Shown here: piece by piece, positions 32,647 to 35,620 of the stretch | How positions within the stretch are numbered: position 1 is the first letter of the stretch | Layout of the letters: each line of letters opens with the position of its first letter | Origin: a virus | Lineage: Duplodnaviria; Caudoviricetes | Virus record (IMG/VR): IMGVR_UViG_3300009095_000038 | Coordinates: 1 to 35,620 of that record | Direction: 5' to 3' (one strand) | Length of the DNA: 35,620 nucleotides | The notes under the pieces: generated by a model | The model's input: only the letters and a program-made list of their open reading frames with translations | What the model was told of the DNA's origin: nothing | Database searches by the model: none | Program-made: the position numbers and the translations under genes

Positions 32647-33132
32647 ATGATTACGCTATCCATTGACGCAGGAGGTCAGACCCGCAAGAGCGAGAAAGCC
32701 CATGCGGGTACTGGCTTGGCTGTGCTGAGCACTGATAACGGTAAGCTGGAGCTGCTTGAAGCGCGTCAGGTGCTGTGGACTGAATGGGCTATGGGACAAG
32801 CGATTCAGGACTACTTGGTACGCTACGACTTGGATAAGGTGGTCTATGAGGACTTCATACCTCGCTACGGTGTACCGTTCAGCCTAGACCCTGTGAAGCT
32901 CATTGGAGCCATTCGAGCGACTGTAGAGCCTGATATGCTAGTGCCTGTCGCTCCGTCAGCACACAAGAGCCTAATCAAGCGTGAGTGGGCAAAGTACCTT
33001 GTGCTTGAAGCGGGGCACCTCGTTGAAGAAGGTCACAAGGTTGACGCAGTGAGTTTAGCACTGTACTATAATGTTGTAAGCAAAAACCAAACAACTCTGG
33101 AGGAGTATCAGCAATGGCTGAAATCAAAGTAG
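32647..33132 (+). CDS. RuvC-like Holliday junction resolvase
   Basis: LSIDAG...TGLA, VVYEDF, H..DA acidic triad. Confidence 0.8.
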   Translation: MITLSIDAGGQTRKSEKAHAGTGLAVLSTDNGKLELLEARQVLWTEWAMGQAIQDYLVRYDLDKVVYEDFIPRYGVPFSLDPVKLIGAIRATVEPDMLVPVAPSAHKSLIKREWAKYLVLEAGHLVEEGHKVDAVSLALYYNVVSKNQTTLEEYQQWLKSK

Positions 33133-33521
33133 GACAGAAGTACGTGTTGTTGCATGGGGGGTATGAGGGGCACATTGTGGAGGTTACGCATGTCTCTGAC
33201 CACTGGGTACTCTACAAGCCCGGTTTGGAAGAGCCTACAGGGGAATGGTCTACAGACTCTTTCCTAGATAGTTGGTTACTGTTAGAGGAAGAAGATTCTG
33301 AGGAAAACAACCAACTGTCGCCAAATGCGTACCAGTTCCCTAACCGAGTAGAAGTGCGACACATTTCTGCACACCTCACCAGCTTTGGTGGACAGGCTGT
33401 GCAGTACATTGCTCGTGCGACACGCTTGGATGGTGTTGTCAAGGGCTTGCCAGTACAAGACTTGAAAAAGGCTATTCAGCTACTCGAATGGGAAGTTGAC
33501 CGTTTGGAGGCTGGCAAGTGA
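33114..33521 (+). CDS. DUF3310 (SaV / T7 gp1.7-like) domain protein with N-terminal SH3-like segment
   Basis: P..Y...E....L....G.A..Y..RA...K....DLKKA..LL..E. Confidence 0.75.
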   Translation: MAEIKVGQKYVLLHGGYEGHIVEVTHVSDHWVLYKPGLEEPTGEWSTDSFLDSWLLLEEEDSEENNQLSPNAYQFPNRVEVRHISAHLTSFGGQAVQYIARATRLDGVVKGLPVQDLKKAIQLLEWEVDRLEAGK

Positions 33522-33673
33522 ACTATGAACTGAACTCCACTGAACAGCTCTACATTGACAAGTGTGTAGAAGTGCTTCAGCAACACGGGCTAGGTCAATT
33601 GCTTGAATCCACCGTGGCAAGTATCGCCATTCACGCCTATCAAGCCGGTGTAGATTACGCTAATCCTTACTAA
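33518..33673 (+). CDS. 51-aa hypothetical protein
   Basis: GTGA coupling, GGAGG RBS, stop just before the terminator; below the ORF-track cutoff. Confidence 0.65.
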   Translation: MNYELNSTEQLYIDKCVEVLQQHGLGQLLESTVASIAIHAYQAGVDYANPY

Positions 33674-33676
33674 ATC

Positions 33677-33736
33677 TCAACCCCTGAACCTTTCTTAGGT
33701 TCAGGGGTTGACTTGTCTCTACGCACTGTGTAAAGT
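33677..33736 (+). promoter_or_regulatory. 15-bp hairpin whose 3' arm supplies the -35 of promoter TTGACT-17-TAAAGT
   Basis: TCAACCCCTGAACCT/AGGTTCAGGGGTTGA (33677-33711); -35 at 33708, -10 at 33731. Confidence 0.75.
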
Positions 33737-33774
33737 AGTACATGTAAGCAACCGACAAACGAAAGGGTCACACC

Positions 33775-34599
33775 GTGGCTAAGTACAACGTAGGCGACGT
33801 TCTAGAAATCACCGAAGACTTTGAGCTGGAAGGTGCAAGGTTCTCTAAGGGAGATAAGTTCACGGTGGTTGAATTAGAGGGTCAGAGCTTTTACTACTTG
33901 GATAGTGGCAAGAACTACTTCATCATCACCATAGCAAAGGTAGACACTCACTCAGGCTTCCGTAAGGTTGAACCAAGGGTTGAGTTCAAGGTCGGAGACA
34001 AGGTGCGACTGCTTGAGACTGCCCACGGCTCTCCGGGATACTCTTTCCCCTCTCCTAACAAGGTCAAGGAGCGTCTAGCATCTGCGGGTCTGGATTACCT
34101 AACTGTGTTCGAGGTGGATCAGAAAGTGGATTCTGATGGAGACGTGCATGTGTTCCATGCGGAGAGCTATGTAGGTTTGTACCTCCTACCAGAGTTCCTT
34201 GTGCCTTGGGTTGAAGAAGATAAGTCAGCTAGGCACATGGAACTTGGCAAGACGTACCAGAGCACGAGTAACGGCTTTTTCTACACGCCTACTGAGTTTG
34301 ACTTTGAGGCTGGGCGAGTGAAGTTTGACTACGTAAGTGTGCCGGGTAGTCTTGCTTTCAAGTCTACTCGTACATTTTACGGTATCGAGGAAGAGTTTGG
34401 TGTGCTTCCTCCGGTCAAGCCTGACACTCAGGAAGTAGACGGGGAAGACATTGGTGGCTGGGATCGGGAAGAGTTCGCATCGACTGAGACTAAGCCTGAA
34501 ACGGTGTCGGTAGACGCTCTACGGGAAGCGTGGGACTACGTTGACCACGAGTACCCAGACATTGAGAAGCTGATCGAATTGGCTAAGCGCCTCTCCTAG
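33775..34599 (+). CDS. Hypothetical protein with repeated (K/N)VGD SH3/KOW-like modules, monocistronic
   Basis: KYNVGD.L, FKVGDKV, MELGKTY modules; own promoter and terminator. Confidence 0.75.
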   Translation: MAKYNVGDVLEITEDFELEGARFSKGDKFTVVELEGQSFYYLDSGKNYFIITIAKVDTHSGFRKVEPRVEFKVGDKVRLLETAHGSPGYSFPSPNKVKERLASAGLDYLTVFEVDQKVDSDGDVHVFHAESYVGLYLLPEFLVPWVEEDKSARHMELGKTYQSTSNGFFYTPTEFDFEAGRVKFDYVSVPGSLAFKSTRTFYGIEEEFGVLPPVKPDTQEVDGEDIGGWDREEFASTETKPETVSVDALREAWDYVDHEYPDIEKLIELAKRLS

Positions 34600-34607
34600 G
34601 ACACAAC

Positions 34608-34638
34608 AAAGCCCCTACTCTAAATGAGTAGGGGCTTT
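34608..34638. terminator. Bidirectional terminator where the two genome arms converge
   Basis: Perfect AAAGCCCCTACTC/GAGTAGGGGCTTT stem between convergent stops. Confidence 0.88.
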
Positions 34639-34644
34639 ACCTAT

Positions 34645-34890
34645 TTACTTTGAAATCAAGTCTAACAGCTTCAGTAGAACGTAGATGCACAACAGGGCTA
34701 GAGTGCATCCCCAGTAGGTTACGCTCAATCCAATGAGGCTGAGCAACCCCCAGAGAGCCAGTCCGCCAATCAGGAGTACCCCTAGTAGAGTTGCAACTAC
34801 GAGAAGAACAAGTCCTACAGTCCAGAACGGGGAACCTTGACCCTTTAGGTAATCATCCAACTTATTCACCAATCGGATCAGTGTCTTCAT
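34645..34890 (-). CDS. Membrane protein (about 2 TM segments)
   Basis: Long hydrophobic stretches; start uncertain. Confidence 0.7.
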   Translation of the reverse strand: MKTLIRLVNKLDDYLKGQGSPFWTVGLVLLVVATLLGVLLIGGLALWGLLSLIGLSVTYWGCTLALLCIYVLLKLLDLISK

Positions 34891-35089
34891 TCTTGCTGTC
34901 TACTTCCTCCCAGACCTCTTCAGGAACCTCTGCAAGCTCTCGCTCACCGACAATGCGCTCTACACGCAAGTCCTCTCGGTTGGCGTGCTGCACGTTCTCC
35001 AGCAAGCCGTCAATGTCATCTGACCACTCGGTAATAGGGGTTCGCACACCCAGTTCGGAAATAGCGGACAATCGGAACAATGCAATCAC
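34862..35089 (-). CDS. Small acidic hypothetical protein
   Basis: GTGA coupling, GAGGA RBS. Confidence 0.65.
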   Translation of the reverse strand: MIALFRLSAISELGVRTPITEWSDDIDGLLENVQHANREDLRVERIVGERELAEVPEEVWEEVDSKNEDTDPIGE

Positions 35090-35307
35090 TTGGACACTTC
35101 CTCATACTCGGTTGGGGTTAGGGAGAACGGTTCGCCTTCAGCAGGCTTTATGAGCCAGTCTCCGGGGTACATCTGTCGGTTGCTGTTAGGAACTGTCAGG
35201 GTCTGCGGTTCGCCCTTTAGCTGGGCTTTGAGCATCACTCCCGGCACGAACTGCATTAGCTCGTAGGTGTTCAGACCGTCCCACTGCAAGGCTTCGTATT
35301 CGCTCAT
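35086..35307 (-). CDS. Conserved phage protein (EA.QW.G.N ... GDW.I motif)
   Basis: ATG 35307 in an ATGA overlap, GGAG RBS. Confidence 0.7.
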   Translation of the reverse strand: MSEYEALQWDGLNTYELMQFVPGVMLKAQLKGEPQTLTVPNSNRQMYPGDWLIKPAEGEPFSLTPTEYEEVSK

Positions 35308-35620
35308 CTTGCACTCCGCGTTTTGATCTTCTCGGTCTGAATGGTAGTTCCCCGTAGCCAGTGCCCACACGCACACTGGTAGAGGTTGTATCCCGTTACC
35401 TGTGCGACTGCCAGTTTGTCACTTGGCTTCTCAGGGTCAATGTCAGTGCCACAGTTCGAGCACACCCAGTTCTTATCCATCCAGACACCCATGTGTGGGT
35501 GGTTCGGAATCCAAGGCCGTAGGACGTTGTACAAGTCCTCAGTGAGCTTTACGTCCTGTTTGCAGTACCTGTCCATCAGCTTCCAAGCAGCCTCTTCACC
35601 GGCCATACAGCGCGTCCAGA
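35304..35620 (-). CDS. RNase H-like / DnaQ-like exonuclease with C-terminal zinc ribbon, C-terminal part (runs off the window edge)
   Basis: AW..M..YCKQDV..TE.LY..LRPWI..HP; CSNCG...YQC.CG.W. Confidence 0.8.
   Translation of the reverse strand, partial: WTRCMAGEEAAWKLMDRYCKQDVKLTEDLYNVLRPWIPNHPHMGVWMDKNWVCSNCGTDIDPEKPSDKLAVAQVTGYNLYQCACGHWLRGTTIQTEKIKTRSAR

Overview
This 35.6 kb window is part of a lytic tailed-phage genome (~50% GC). The host is almost certainly actinobacterial, probably Micrococcales-like, based on WhiB, IdeR/DtxR and CRP/GlxR boxes, and leaderless genes. No integrase, repressor, tRNA or CRISPR array is visible. It has four zones. (1) 1-11.8 kb, mostly minus strand: partial capsid maturation protease, portal, large terminase, candidate small terminase, a 785-aa beta-helix spike-like protein, ThyA, a PNKP-type HAD phosphatase, an HNH and small ORFs. 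A two-gene plus-strand cassette sits between terL and portal. (2) 11.8-16.9 kb: two non-coding blocks flanking an HNH and a leftward early-type operon of acidic proteins, tandem paralogs and three unannotated single-TM micropeptides. This zone is the likely genome terminus or terminal-repeat region. (3) 16.9-34.6 kb, plus strand: SF2 helicase, MazG-like protein, WhiB, Cas4-like nuclease, AAA ATPase, DUF669 SSB, primase-helicase, family A DNA polymerase, RuvC-like resolvase, DUF3310 and four HNH-AP2 homing endonucleases. (4) 34.6-35.6 kb: convergent minus-strand genes ending in a partial RNase H/DnaQ-like exonuclease. The most striking signal is the regulatory hub at 16.5-16.8 kb, with a perfect 19-bp IdeR/DtxR iron box plus partial copies, a near-consensus CRP site at a class I position, and an rRNA-like boxA. 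Other notable signals are a distinct extended -10-only promoter class before morphogenesis genes, a candidate ~85-nt sRNA, and 10-bp-phased repeat arrays. All functional calls come from motif recognition by eye; no searches were run.
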